Below, piece after piece: positions 37,868 through 51,974 of a stretch of 64,000 nt of DNA. How positions within the stretch are numbered: the stretch's first letter is position 1; every line of letters starts with the position of its first letter. Origin of the DNA: Camelus ferus (taxonomy: Eukaryota); contig NC_045707.1 in the NCBI RefSeq assembly GCF_009834535.1, positions 56,608,001-56,672,000 on the forward strand, in the 5' to 3' direction. The notes under the pieces are model-generated. The model did not search any database. It was not told the DNA's origin and worked only from the letters and a program-made list of their open reading frames with translations. The translations under genes were made by a program, and so were the position numbers.

Positions 37868-40800
37868 AAAAGTTATACATTAATTTTCAATTGCCTGGGG
37901 TACTGGTGCCTCTAAATTCCACACTGTTCAGGGGTTAACTGTCTAACCATATTTACTGACCTAAAACCATGTCCACATACGTACGTGTATACCTACAATA
38001 AACCTGGAAGTTTCTATACATAGAGTACTCATAATTACCTTTCAAATCTTCTTTATTAATTTTTTATTTCCATATTTTTAAAGTAAGATTTTATTTATTA
38101 TTGTAACAGAAAAAATGTATTTAATGAAAGAGAAAATTTAATTTGAAAGGCCTATATTTGTGAGTGTTAAGAAACAATATCACTGATGAGTAAACTGATA
38201 GCAACTCCTAAGAATATTACATAACACTTATTAAATTTCTTTTGTTTCCAATTAAAAAGTAGAGCCATATAATTTGGGAAAGATGAAAATTACCTATAAT
38301 AATTTAAGCAGGGGCTGGGAGAACTAATAATTTAGATCATGCTAAATGTGCCTCACTGATTTTTTGAAAAATGTTTCTCACCTACTGTTTAAAAATTTCT
38401 GTAGGAAACGCTTCTTTTTTTTAATTTTTCCACTTAAAACACACTTTGAGCATTTCCAAAAAAATTTAAACTTCCTATTTCTGGATAGCTATGAATAATC
38501 TGATCTACGGCTACATTAGATTCCTAACTGGAATACTTCACTTGGAACTTTTCTGAACCTCGAAGGCATTTTGGGTTGGGAATTTAGAACCTCTACTCCC
38601 AAAGGCAGAATATTTTTGACACAGTTTAAGTCACTGGGTGTCCACTTGTCACATCCTGCCTAGAGTCATGTTTCTTTTGGTCTTCAATAGTCTTTTGGCC
38701 ATCATGTTTCAAAAATATTGAATTATTTAACAACAGTTGTAAAATGTTTCATTTCACAGGAAACTGAATTTGGAGATTCTGGGTTCCATTCTCGCTCTAC
38801 TGCATGACAAAAATCTTCAAGAACAGAGCAGCTGCAGGGCTCCCTAGATAGGGCTTTCACACTCAACTTTGCCACATAATATCTGCACTGCTCATGTGTA
38901 TTATTTGCCTGACTACTTTATAGAATTTGAATTTATGATCACTTCTTTAGGCTATGTCCAAAGTCTTGCCTGACAGAAAATGATTTCCCAAAGTGCCTGC
39001 TATGTCACCAAATTCCTATAAATAAAGGATTTTTTTTGGTTTATGAAGTTCTACAAAATTTCCAGGCAGAGAACAGATGTGTCTCATGGGAGAGATTAAT
39101 ACTTTCATTCTCACATTAACAAAGATTGGTTTGTTAATGCCCGAATAGGGAGTAGAGTTCTGAGCGGAGGTGAGGTATAGGATATGTAAGTGTTCACGAG
39201 GGATGCACTGAGAAGCAATGGGTACCAAATGTCTACAAAAGTCTGAGTGATCAGGCTGTGAAAAGGAGAGTTAAAATTGACAGTTCATAGAAAGCAACAG
39301 AGTTAATTTACTTTTGAAGTTAATGGCTAAAAATTCCCTGACCTATGATGAACACAAATAGCAGTAGGTTTAAAAGCCACTCCCATTGGCTTTTGAGCAA
39401 TTCTGAGTTATTTGTAGACTTCTGAAATATGAGCTTACATATACATCTTTTTTAAAGAAAGAGACCAGCATATAACATGTTTAATAGTCTATGTTCCTTT
39501 CATCTCATAAGTGCTTTTTAATTCTCATGCTTTTCTTACTTTTTATGAAAAATAATTTTGAAATCTGTTTTCTCTTCAAGACACATGCAGTTAATTTTTT
39601 GACATTGCTTTAAGAATAAGCATCATTAAAACTGTAATGAAACCATTCATACAGCTATTAATAAAATGTGAATTAAATCCATATTTTAAACTCCTACATA
39701 ATTCTTTCTGTATATCTATTCAACTTTTTGGATTTTTGTCTCACATAATTTTGGAATTGAGATTTACCACAGTCAGCCATTGTCAGAATGGTTTGTTGCC
39801 CTAAAGGATGATAAAAACTGGGTCAGAGAATATGGGTCTAATCTGGGGAAACAGACTATAAGCTCTTTTTACTCATTCAAAAACATTTATGAAAATCTAA
39901 ATTATATGTTACTTAACATTATTATTTGCCAAGAACATATATATATATATATATATGTGTATATATATACATATACACACGTAAAATCATAGTTCCTGTT
40001 CACAAGAAGCTAGTAACTTAGCCAGGCAGAAAGACAGCTAACTAGTACAATATGATAACTACTGTAATGATCTGAGGCAGCCACAGAGGGAGCACAGGGG
40101 AAGGGTAGATTAATATTGCTATGAGAATCAGAATGTTTCCCCTCAAAAGCAATAACTGTGAATTGGACTTAAAAGGCTATAGGACTATCACATAGCAAAG
40201 GGATATAGAAAAAGTACATAGCAGATTCAAGGAGCCATGACTAAACTCATAATTGGAAAATAACTTTGATGAGAGATAAATCTGCAAAGGGGCATTGAGA
40301 CCATTTGGAAGTGTTTCATGCTGAATCACTGTCTAAGGAAAATTGATGGCAATTGGGAAATATATACCAAGAGTTTTTGAAGTTATAAATACATTGTACC
40401 GTTTTGTGTCTAGGGGGGTTATTCTAAGAAAATAATGTGGAATAAACTATGATATGGTAACAGGAATGCTCCTCACAGTATTATCTAGAATATAAAAATT
40501 TGGAAGTGTCTTAAATGGGTAACAATAGGGACCTGAAATACTGGGTAGAGCTTTAAAATAGACCTTTAGAATTATCTGCATTTTGATATTTAAGAATGGG
40601 ATTTCATAGTTAAACTGAGTTAGTCAAAGACCATCTGCAATATTCCCATTGACTTTAATAACTTGCAAAGAAGTCAGTAAATTCAGGGAAGATCTGGGGA
40701 AAGTGGCTAGTTGGCAAACAGAGTCTTCTGGAGAAAGAGTCAGGTTTCCACATTTCCGTATCCATTTCTTCACCCTCACCCTTCAGCACCGATTATTCAC

Positions 40801-41063
40801 ATACTTTGTTTACTCTGTTTAAAGACCAATTTATCACTTTTCTCTAAAATGTGATCCTCAGTATGTCCACTATATACACAACTTCCTCTCAAAGGCAGTT
40901 CTTTTATTTGTTCTAATTTCTAAAGAATGGCATATGAACTCAGACAGCTTGACTACAATTCGACTCCACCGTTTTCTACCTGGATGACCTTTGGTAACAG
41001 ACTTAGCCCGTCCCTTCTTCAGCTTAATCATCTGTAAAAATTTGGAATCAATTAATACTTACC

Positions 41064-41506
41064 TGTTACAACTTGAATTTTGTCCCTCAAATATTCTTAT
41101 GTTGAAGTCATAACCCCCAGTACCTCAGGTTATTACCTTATTTGGAAAAAGGGTCACTGAAGATATAATTACTTAAATGATGTTATATGGGAGCAAAGCG
41201 GGGCCCCAATCCAACATGACTGGTGTCCTCATCAAAAGAGGAAATTTGGACATAGCCATGGACAAAGGAAAAATGCTCTGTGAAGATGGAAGCAAAGATG
41301 TACAAGTCAAGGAACACCAAAGATTGCCAACACCAGCAGCTTGGGGGGAGGCATGGAACAGAGTTACCCTCACAGCCATCAGAAGAAAGCAGATCTGAAA
41401 CATTTTGACTCTAGATATCTACCCTCTCTGTGAGACCATATATTTCTTTTGTTTAAACCACCCAGTTTGTGGTACTTTCTTCAGGAAGCCTTAACAAACT
41501 GATACA
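41064..41506 (+). mobile_element. MLT1 (MLT1B-like MaLR) solo LTR nested in a MIR (about 40930-41585)
   Basis: tgttacaacttgaatt...gttgaagtcataacccccagtacctcag...cagtttgtggtacttt...aaactgataca. TSD ttacc/ctacc. MIR sequence resumes after the LTR. Confidence 0.9.
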
Positions 41507-43088
41507 CTACCTCACAGGACAACTGAGAGAATCAAATGTAAAGCTTATAGAATGATTCTTCTCATGTAATAAGCTAATATTAGCCATCAACTAAAAGAGA
41601 AATAAGGTCTGGGTATAGTTGTTCTTTGTGGTATTTTTGAATTATGATAGCTACTTAGATCTATTCTGCTCTCTGTAAGTCAGGCAAACTAAAATTCAAC
41701 ACTTAACATAATCAACTCACCATTTTTAAAGAAAAATTCAACATAAACCCTTCAGTGAGACTGCTCCTTGTCCAAGAAATGCTGTCATCTTTTTTTTACC
41801 CCTTCAATTTGATGCAAAAACTTCAATCCATCTTTAGCTTTTCTATTTCCTTCATGATTTGATTACAAAATCTTATTTTTTTGGTGTATGTTCAGATTTT
41901 CATAATGTAACATTTAGACTATCTTAATGGTCCCCATATTGTTTTTTCTGTATATAGTAAACTCTGCTGCTCAACACATTATCCTGAAATGCTTTTTTGA
42001 GCATGTCATCTCCTTGCTAGAAAATGTGAGGTGTTTTCAGAAACTGGTTACTCTTCAACTTGGCATTCAAGACCCTTCATGATTAAACTAATATTCAATT
42101 TCCCAAACTTTTATTCCACTCTCATGAAGCTGATTTCCATTTAGCAGTTATTTCCAGGGCAGAGAGCAGAGAAAAAAAAAAAAAATTAACCTTCTGTTTT
42201 TGCATTTCATCTTGTGCCAAACAAATACTATGGTTCCGTTTTTGTTTATAAGCTGTCCTCTTTGTTCCCAGAGTACTTCACTGCTGTTATTTCACTTTGA
42301 TAATTGTTAGACTTATGAAAAAGTTTATAAAATAATATGATGAATACTCATGTTCTCATCACCCAGAATAAAATATAAAGCATTAATAAAAGTCCTCAGA
42401 GTTTCATTATATACTCCTCCCCAATCTAATCTCCCTTCTTAAACTTCAGAGAAACCAGTTCAAAATGTCTTTATCCTTGTACTATGTTTCTATCTTTAAA
42501 AAAATACATAGTATTATTTTACATTTAGTATTTTATATTTATGCTGTATGTGCCCTTCTACAACTTGTTTTTTTACTTAGTAGTATGCCTTTGGGACTCA
42601 TCCTGTTGGTTGATGTAGCTCTAGTTCATTTATTTTTCCTTTTGTTTGAATTTTTATGTGTGACTATACCAAAATGAATCCATTGCGCTGTTGACAGACA
42701 TTGGGTTGGTATCTATTTTATCTCATTCATTTATCATTCGTTAAAGAAATATTTATCAAGCATCAAAGATTCAAGAGGAAAATGAATTCCCCATCCTCCT
42801 GAAGCTTATGTTCTAGTACAAATACATCTTCTTTTACAAATGAACATGAGTTTATCTAAATTGCCAGTGATGAATTGCTGGGGCAATGGGTTTACATATC
42901 TTTAATATTAGTAGATATTGTCAAATTTTTCTCCACAAATATCAAATCAGAATATTACAACAATCTACATCCTCATTAATACTTGTCATTGTCAAACATG
43001 AATTTTACCGTTCTGATGAGTGTAAAATAGTACCTACTTATAGTCTGAATATGTAATTCCCTAATTACAATTGATATGCAACTTTTTA

Positions 43089-43648
43089 AAACATTTTTTA
43101 TTGATTTATAATAATTTTACAATGTTCTGTCAAATTCCAATGTAGAGCACAATTTTTCAGTTATACATGAACATATATATTCATTGTCACATTTTTTTCT
43201 CTGTGATCTACCACAAGATCTTGTATATATTTCCCTGTGCTATACAGTATAATCTTGTTTATCTATTCTATATTTTGAAATTCCAGTCTATCCTTTCCCA
43301 CGCCCTGCCCCCTTGGCAACCACAAGTTTGTATTCTATGTCTATGAGTCTGTTTCTGTTTTGTATTTATGTTTTGTTTGTTTGCTTGTTTTTTTATTTTA
43401 GATTCCACATATGAGCGATCTCATATGGTATTTTTCTTTCTCTTTCTGGCTTACTTCACTCAGAATGACATTCTCCAGGAGCATCCATGTTGCTGCAAAT
43501 GGCGTTACGTTGTCGGTTTTCATGGCTGAATAGTATTCCATTGTATAAATATACCACATCTTCTTTAGTCAATCATCTGTTAATGGACATTTAGGCTGTT
43601 TCCATGTCTTGGCTATTGTAAATAGTGCTGCATGAACATACATTGGGG
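43089..43648 (-). mobile_element. Young lineage-specific 5'-truncated LINE-1 with complete 3' end
   Basis: Perfect 12-bp TSD tgcaacttttta at 43077-43088 and 43649-43660. CpGs are retained. Minus-strand AATAAA lies near 43098. Confidence 0.92.
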
Positions 43649-43917
43649 TGCAACTTTTTATGTTCATAGGCCATTTGTGTTTCCTGCGCCTTTGCCTATT
43701 TTTCTACTGGAATATTTGACTTTTTAAAACTGACTGGTAGGAACATTTTTGCATGCTAATCTAATGCTTTTCAACAAAGTTTTATAATTTTCTCTACAAA
43801 AGTCTCAACGTTTCGTTTGATGTATTAGTCTTTCCCTATATATTAACTTTTGGAAATGTTGTTTATAATTTACATTTTCTGTTTGTTTGTAAATGGATTT
43901 TATTTGTAGACCTAAAT

Positions 43918-44114
43918 TAAAGGTTAGCAAATTCTTTCTATAAAAGATGAGTTAGTAAGTATTTTCAGCTTTGCAAACCAAGGAGCAAAGTCCAGCAACT
44001 GTTCTCACCAAAAAGCTAAGAACTTTTTTACATTTAAAATCATTTTTAGCTCATGGCTCTTGGAAAAACAGGCAGCAAAATGGATTTGGTCTACAGACTG
44101 TTTGCTGATCCCTT
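43918..44114. mobile_element. MER58-like hAT-Charlie MITE
   Basis: Ends aaggttagcaaa...tttgctgatccct, with a perfect 8-bp TSD acctaaat at 43910-43917 and 44115-44122. Confidence 0.8.
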
Positions 44115-46851
44115 ACCTAAATTATAGCACACTTATCAAACTCTATTGTTAATTGTAATAATTTGTAAATTTGTGTGATTGTTCTAATTAGGCAATCATA
44201 TTGTACACAGTGTGGGATATTTATATTTTTCTTTCTAATCATTATAAAATTATTTCTCTTATTTTACTGTATTTGGTTAGGACTTCCAGAAAAATACTGA
44301 GTAAAAGTGTTGATTGTGGTATATTGTTGTTTTTTATATAAAAGGGACCATGTTAGTATTTCACCATTGGCTATTACATTTGTTTTGAGCTTGTATCAGA
44401 ACATTTGTGAGTTTAAGGCATTGTCTTCTATTTCTAGTTTCCTGAGGGTTTATTATTAATTAACATACTATAAACATAATGTTTAATCAATTCTATTTCT
44501 TTTTCTTATTTTTAAATTAAAATGGTTGTATTTTCCTCTTACAACTAAAGCAAAACATGTGAAGAGATTTTCTTATGCTAAATTTTTGGATCACTTGTAT
44601 TAATGCATTGCTAATTAAGATTTGCTACTATTTTACTGAGAATTTTTCTTCTATGATATACACAAGATTAATCTATAAATTTGCTTTTTCATATTGCCCT
44701 TTTCTGGTTTTGGTATCAATGCTATATTAGCTTCATAAAGCGAGTTGGAGAGTATACTCACTTTATGATTCTTCTAAAAAAATTTGCATTAATAGAAATT
44801 ATCTATTTCTTGAATATAGACCTCACCCAGAAAAACATCTGAGACCAGTAGATTTAGGTATGTATGTGTGCAGATTTTAAACTATTGACTCAATTTCTTT
44901 AATGGTTATATATCTATTGAGATTTTTATTTCTTAAAAATGTGGTTTAATAAGATATATTCTAGGAAAACTGCCCATTTTACTTAAGTGTTCAAGTTAAT
45001 TGGCATCGATTTATACTACTTTGATTTTTAAGACATTTCATTATAGAACATTTCCAAAACTTCATCAAATAGATTAATAAAATAAAATTCCTTGTACCCA
45101 TTTCCCAACTTTAATTATGTATATACTAAGTTAACTTAACAATAAAGAAAAATAAAAAATGGAGGCATCAAAGGTAACCAGATATCCTAATCGAGTCTAT
45201 ATTAGGACATCTGAAATGCTCCAATATAAGAAACTTGTTCCTATTTCCTGCCTTCCTCCCAGTTTGCACATATACAGAAATGTGTTAGTTCCCAAGGACT
45301 GTTTCAAACTCTTAATGAATGCAGATATGAATATATACACATGTAAACAGACACACAACCCCTTGGTATTTGCAATTTTGCCTTTGTAACAAGAGACATG
45401 GTTGTAGTCCAAAAAGATATGAGGAAGTTGTCTTAGAAATAAATGACATGGATGTATCATTTCTCTTCTCCTCTATCTTTAGGGTGATATTTGAATCTTA
45501 AATGCCTACTTCCCATAATCGCTTATAACACATATCAAAGTGACAATGGCAATAGCCCATGCCAGACTTTAAATATTTTTATTTACCATGATATTAGGAA
45601 TTGACAAAGTTATTTTATCACACATTGGACTGGCAATAAGCAAAAAGGCCAGCGGCCATTTTGAGTGTTAGTCTTTTGTTTCTACAGAAAATATGAAGCT
45701 ATAAAATTGATCCAACTAATCAAGTCTTCCACTTATGCAGATACTATAAAGCTGTAGCATTTTTTTGTTTTTACTAGGACTACAACTCACTTTACCATCA
45801 AGGTATCAAAAACTTCTGAGTTCCTGTTTTTGACAGTATACTGGAGGACAGATACTGAACAATAAACAGTGACAAGAAGAAACTATTCAGAATAAGACAT
45901 CGTCAACCTGCTCAAGCCAACATAAGATGAAACCTAACTTTGCTAGAACTTGTAGTATTGCTGCTGTATGATTCAGCAGGTATATACCAGTATGAAGTAC
46001 CAGCTGGGTGTTCTGATGATTCAGGCAGTTCTTATGACTGCTGAAATCTTGAACATCACCATTGTATAAAGCTAATTTTCTTATTTTAAAGTGCTATATG
46101 GTCTGGAACCAGATACTATTTAACGTGAAGGAGGGAGAAGAAGTTTTGTGAGAAGAGTCTGGAGGCAGTGAAAAATTGGATGGGGAGAAGAAGAGCACAA
46201 GGTAGCTTACGCTCAAACCTGCTTCCATTTACTAGTTTTGAGATCCCTAAAAAGAGTCTTCTAATTACAAAGTGAAGTTGAATGTTTTCAAAGGGATTTA
46301 AGAAACACAGGGAATATACAGTGCTGTCTAAGGGCTTCGGAGACAAAGCATGGTCTTGAGTGGTCAGTAGTCTTATTTAAATTTCTGTGAGGATCATACT
46401 GCAGATCTGATACCATGAGAATTGAAACATTATTAGTGTCCACAAGAGATTCACATCTAGATGGAAATAAGTAGAAGAACTTGAGAGAATGTCTTTGGAA
46501 TCATGTACACATGGGTGACCTTCAAAAATATTTGGAGATTGGGGAAAGGGTGGAATGAGTATTGTGGTGCTGAATTCATTCTCCTGAAACTAGAAGGTAG
46601 CAAAATAGGGTAATAATAATAACCTAATAGACATAAATATCAGTTACATACATAAGAAGGATGGTGCCTCGTGATCTTAACAGCAGGTGGTAAAGAGGGA
46701 GGGAATATTTTTATGTTTTGCAGCAGGTTAAGGAATTATCTCATATTAATAATTTATTGAGGACTAAAACAAAAAACAAAAACAAAATTCCACTTGTGAG
46801 ACTTTATCTCTCACTAGGTAATTTAACCAAGTTATATTCATTATAATAATT

Positions 46852-46956
46852 AAAAAGTTCTTTTCCTTTTAAGATCATTTATTTTATATTTAATACATCT
46901 TAAAAGGAAAAAGTTTTTTTCCTTTTAAGATCATTATATTTTATATTTAATACACC
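46852..46956. repeat. About 45-bp direct duplication with an inverted 15-16 bp spacer
   Basis: aaaaagt(t/c)..ttccttttaagatcatt(a)tattttatatttaataca occurs twice. The spacer atcttaaaaggaaaa is the reverse complement of ttttccttttaagat. Confidence 0.9.
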
Positions 46957-46959
46957 TAT

Positions 46960-47830
46960 TTTAACTTTTGCTTTATGTGAAGTCACTCCAGCTTCATATT
47001 ATTTAAGGTAGTGTTGGCATTAATATATTTCTATTTTGACAATAATTTTGTACGTATACTTGAAAATTTTATTTCACTGCCTTCTGGCTTGCATTATTAA
47101 TCTTGTTTCAAAAGTTGCTTTGCTTTTAATTACTATCCCTTTGTAAGTAGTATTTTATTGCTTGCAATAAAATATGCTTCCTAAATAGGTATTTTGTTAT
47201 TTTTGTATCAGTTCAGAAAACTCCAAACCATTATCTATTCAAATGTTTTAATTAGTATGTATTGGATATATCCTTTGGATTTTTTTTTTTTTTTTTACTT
47301 TCACACTTTTAAATTCCCTGCTTCTTAGACTCTAATCAGAAGCTCACCAGATCTCTGATTCTGTCTTCCACACTCTTAATATTTTAAAAATATATTCTCT
47401 TTATCTCTGTGAGGCATTTTAGTCATTTCTTGGGATATATATTCCAGTTTATTCAGTCTCTTCCTGGCTCTTTCTAATCCACTGTTTAATCTATCCGATT
47501 TTTTTTTTTTCAACATTATATATGATTATTTCTAGAAGTTAATTTCTAATTGTTATGTTGTTTTTATGTATGATGCAGACTGTTTAAAAGTAATTCATAT
47601 GTAGCTGTTCTAGTATCTGCAGTTCAATATCTTCATATTTGAATATCCAAATCTTTTTGTTCCTTGTTTCCTCTGACTTACAGCGGCTTCACTTCTTTAA
47701 CGTTCGGTGATCTTTGATAGACTTTATAGCTTCGTCTTACACATTGAGAATCTAGCACAACACAAACTGGGAAATCTTTTTTTCCTAAGACAATTTACTT
47801 CTACATTTACTAGTATCTAGATTGAGACTG
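46960..47830 (-). mobile_element. Ancient L1 ORF1-region fragment
   Basis: atttcactgccttctggcttgcatt, accattatctattcaaat and ttccagtttattcagtctc...tctaatccactgtttaatctatcc. Confidence 0.55.
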
Positions 47831-48510
47831 TTTCAGCCTCCTGATGATCGTAGTTAATGGGGAAATCACAGACTTTGCTTCTCCACTTCATTTCATGTAA
47901 GGTTGAATATTCTCACAGCAGTATTATTTTTGGAAAATGTCCTCTAAGCAACCCATTTTTAGGGTCATTTACTGTTCCAGCACCAGATAATTTTTTTTTT
48001 TTTTTTTTTACTATGGGGAGAATGATTAAAGACTTCCTTACCTCTTGTGAAACTAGCTATGCCTCATGGGAAGTGTTCTATTCAGGATACAATTGGACTG
48101 TTATGACAATACACTTAGTCACTTGTAAATGTAATGTGTGAAGCAGAAGACATTAACAATATACAGACATTTGTCATCAATATTTCCTGGAGACTTTACT
48201 GTTAGAATCTATAAAATAATCTGGAATACTGGTGTGCCAAACTCCCTCTTTTACCTGACATTACTATTTGCCCTTTTTAAAAATCTTGGAAGTCACCAGT
48301 TAGAGACTTTTCAAATGTGGTAAGGTGTTTTATTTCTGAGGTTTTTATTGGTGGTGTTAATTTTAAAGTTTATGATTCTCTCATTCTGAAGAAATTTCAT
48401 GCTTGAATAATTATTTGGAAAAATATATTTTAAAAAAAGAAAAAAGGACAACTGTAATTCCTTCATATACAAAAATACTATTATTATTTGAAATTATTTA
48501 ATTCCAGTGG

Positions 48511-48544
48511 AATATATATATATATATTATATATATATATATAT
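48511..48544. repeat. Imperfect (AT)n microsatellite
   Basis: Direct reading. Confidence 0.85.
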
Positions 48545-51500
48545 GCATTTTACTACCATGTTTTCATTTAATATGAATATTTGCTAATATATTTTCATTT
48601 AGGGAATGGATTTTTAAAATAAATTTATTTGGTCAATCTAGAAATTCAAATAAATTTTAATAATTAAAACAAGAAAAAGTAAAATAAAATTTAACACCCT
48701 TATGTAACTATTTTAATACTTTAATGAACTTTTAAGATCTCTAAGTATACACACACACACTTTCCATATGTAGCATATTATATAATATCATGTTATATAT
48801 GCTATTCTGTAACTACCCTTTTCTCACAACAGTATGTGCTAAACTGCACAAGAACAACTTTCAAGAAAAATTGCAATAAGGAGAGAGCTCAAGAGAATTT
48901 TTTAGTTGAGACAGTGAAACCTTGCATATATATAACATTTATTCTCATATTTTCATGAGATCTTTCCAATACGTGTCTTTATTAATCATTACCATCTGTG
49001 ATTTGGTTCATTTTCATTAATTCTTGCATGCTTGTATACATTAGTCATTAATTCTATTATTGAGAGCCCATTATTTTAAGTGCTAGAACTAAATGCTGGG
49101 AAACAAATGTAGCTGTGCCCTTGAGACATACCAACTCAGTGAAGAGGAAACAGAATTAAATATATATAAAATATATTAGTGACCTATATAGAAAACACCA
49201 GGGGTACTTAGAGGATTGGGCAATTCTTCATAAGGGGGAAAATGGTTTAAAAATCCTAAAGAAAAATAATCTGAGTTGAGTCTGGAAGATAAAAGATGTT
49301 TATTTACCTTATGGACTTGTAGGACTCAAGTGTGAAGGAGAAGAAATATAAAGTAGTATCTGGTATTCAAGTAACAGCAAGTTCAATAGATTCAGTAAGT
49401 CAAGAGTGTAAGAGTATTAAATTATAGGTAGTAGTGTTAGAACTAAGCAAAGATAATTAATGAGAAAGTTAAGCAGGTAGAAAAAGATGTTTTTCCAAAT
49501 TCAATTTGTTTTCAGTTGTAGTATTCCTTATAATATCAGACACAGCTATATTGTATGCCCTCCTGCTATGATGGTGAGTTTAGATATTCATTTCAGTAAA
49601 CACTTGAGTATGTTTTAATTAAAATGCCTTCTGAGAAAATGGAATGTTGCATTTTTAAACAGAATTTCAGGTTGCTATAGTAACTAATAAAACTGCCACT
49701 ATTTATTCCAAATAACATAGGAAGCATCTTTAAAGATGGTAAATCATTTTCAAAATAGCCTGACCATTAGTTACTGATGTTAAATTTAATTGTATTAACA
49801 ATTAGTTGAATGCTTCATGTGTAACAAACTGCAGAAAATGTATATAAGAAAACATAGAAAATAGAGATACCTTTTAAAAGCTTATGACTTGGATAGAAAC
49901 AAATGTTTAATGCACCTTCTACAAAAAACAAGACAGTTTCTCTTCACTGATCAGATCATCTTTTAGGTTCAAATCCTCCAGTAAAATAATTTTTTGTTGT
50001 TGTTCCCATGAAGTATGCAAGCCCCTGAAGCATAAGGGTAGCTAAGTGAGGGAAATAGCAAGTGACAAAAGGGAGTAATTGCATCCTGGAAATATGTAGC
50101 TCTTGTGGTAAAATTCCTGCAGGAATACTTGTCTCTTTCTTGCAGACCTTCTGACATTGGAAACAAAAGGCCAACTGCAAATGGTTTAAGTATTTTAAAA
50201 AAAGTTTTTGCACAATATAATGAATGCAATTAGAATCAAAGAGACTTCCTGATACAGTTTGAAAGTTAGTATAGTCAAATTAATACATAATCATGTATGT
50301 ATTTATCTAATAATGGTGGAGACCCCTCGAGTATTAAAAAAAATGTCAGAAGATTGTGGTCAAGAATCCAAGATTAAAAGTTAAGAATGCTACCCAAAGA
50401 CTTCCAGGATACTTTCAAAGTTTGAAAGCAAATTTCAAAAATCACAAGTGTACACACTACTAATGGAAACCACAGTGCTTTCTCTTCTTTTTGAGGAAGC
50501 AGCATAATTGCTATATTGGTCTAGCTGGTCTTTCTCTGGTCTTGGCTTCCTCATTTACAGAAGAGGGAAAATAATGCCTACTGCAAGTGAGGAAATTATT
50601 TTAAGGATTCCAACACAGAGCCCAATAACCCTTGGATCCTTTCTTTTGCCCAACCTCTTCAAGTGTCACAAGATTTCATAAATCCTACGCTACTATAGAA
50701 AATTACAGAGGCATATTTTCATTGAAGGTATAATTTTGAAATTAAGGAAGAGTTAAAAAGTCCTGCTTTAAAAAAAAAAAAAGAGCATACCACGCATGGC
50801 AAAACAAAGTAATTGATTTCATCAATAAAAAGATGCAAAGATTCTGAGGTTCTTTGTCTTATTAGGACTGACATGATTCATTACATACATTTGAGAATTC
50901 CTATCCATGTTGTCTTGCTTTTATCTCTTCGTATTTCCTAGAACCATTTTAAAAAGTGTAATTTTCTTCTTTTATAATGGTTTATTTTCTTGTTTAAATA
51001 ATTTGAAAACTTTAGCTGAAATTCTCCTTACATCTTAATGTCTTTCAAGATTAATCATTTATTTGTGAAGGTTTCTAGAATTTTTTTAAGGAATAATGGA
51101 ACAGACATATGCATTACTTATTAAATGTCTCCATAAAACTTTTATGATAATCTGGATTAGGAACTTAATTTTAAAATATTTTCTTGAATTAAGTATTTGC
51201 CTCATTTGTTTTAGCAGTACTCGATGGATAGCATATATTCTCTTTGAGAAGATAGAGTTATCAAGTGTGATAAAAAAAACAAAAACTTAAATCCTGCCAG
51301 AGAAAGAACTGCTATGCATTTATATAACAATAATATTTTAAAACTGGGACTGGACATTTTAATATTACTTTTAAATTAGTAAAATGAAATAAAATTATAT
51401 CTATTAACCAAAAATTATCCAAGAAACAGATGGCAAGAACAAAATGTTCTGTGTATCATCAATTTGTCCATGTTAGTCCTAGCATTCTAGGGAAAGAAAA

Positions 51501-51974
51501 ACTCTTTTTTCTTGAAATTTATTTTTTTGCAGTGTTAAAGATAATCACCCTGGTATTATGAAGTGGTAAAATCAAAGCATAAAAATTAGGTGCTAGAATT
51601 ACAGAATTTTGAGTTTTCATCCCTTATCCACTGCATATATGTTGAGTATATTATTTAACTTCTGTAAACTCCAGTTTCCTCAACTATAAAATGGAGAAAA
51701 TAATTAACTATATGAAAACATGAGATAATATATGTGACACATTTAGCAAACACTGTGTGTTGCTGATGGTAAACAATCAATAAATGTTATCATTACACTT
51801 ATTTTTCTCACTGCATACAGTGTTATACTCAACATAATTAACATCAATTTACTTCATACTTCTATTCCCCTTGCAGGGTTAACTTACTGTTGATCAAGTT
51901 AAAGTCAGTGGTGAAGATTCAGGAAAAATACAATTTTCAACTCCATTTATACATCTCCCTCAAATTTTAACAAT

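Larger units (their letters stand above)
36620..37941 (+). mobile_element. Tigger2-family element; arms 36620-36940 and 37868-37941 are separated by an L1
   Basis: TA + cagtggacccttgagcaa...gggtttgaactgc at the left end and tgttcaggggttaactg at the right end form the terminal inverted repeats. Confidence 0.8.
42290..45010 (-). mobile_element. Ancient L1ME-like element, heavily decayed, hosting later insertions
   Basis: ggacttccagaaaaatactgagtaaaagtg, tttctggttttggtatcaatgctatattagcttcataaa and similar minus-strand ORF2 text. Confidence 0.7.

Noticed and set aside
50146..50190. Strong plus-strand acceptor ctctttcttgcag (another at about 60931)
   Set aside because: No convincing donor or recognisable peptide; expected by chance in 64 kb.
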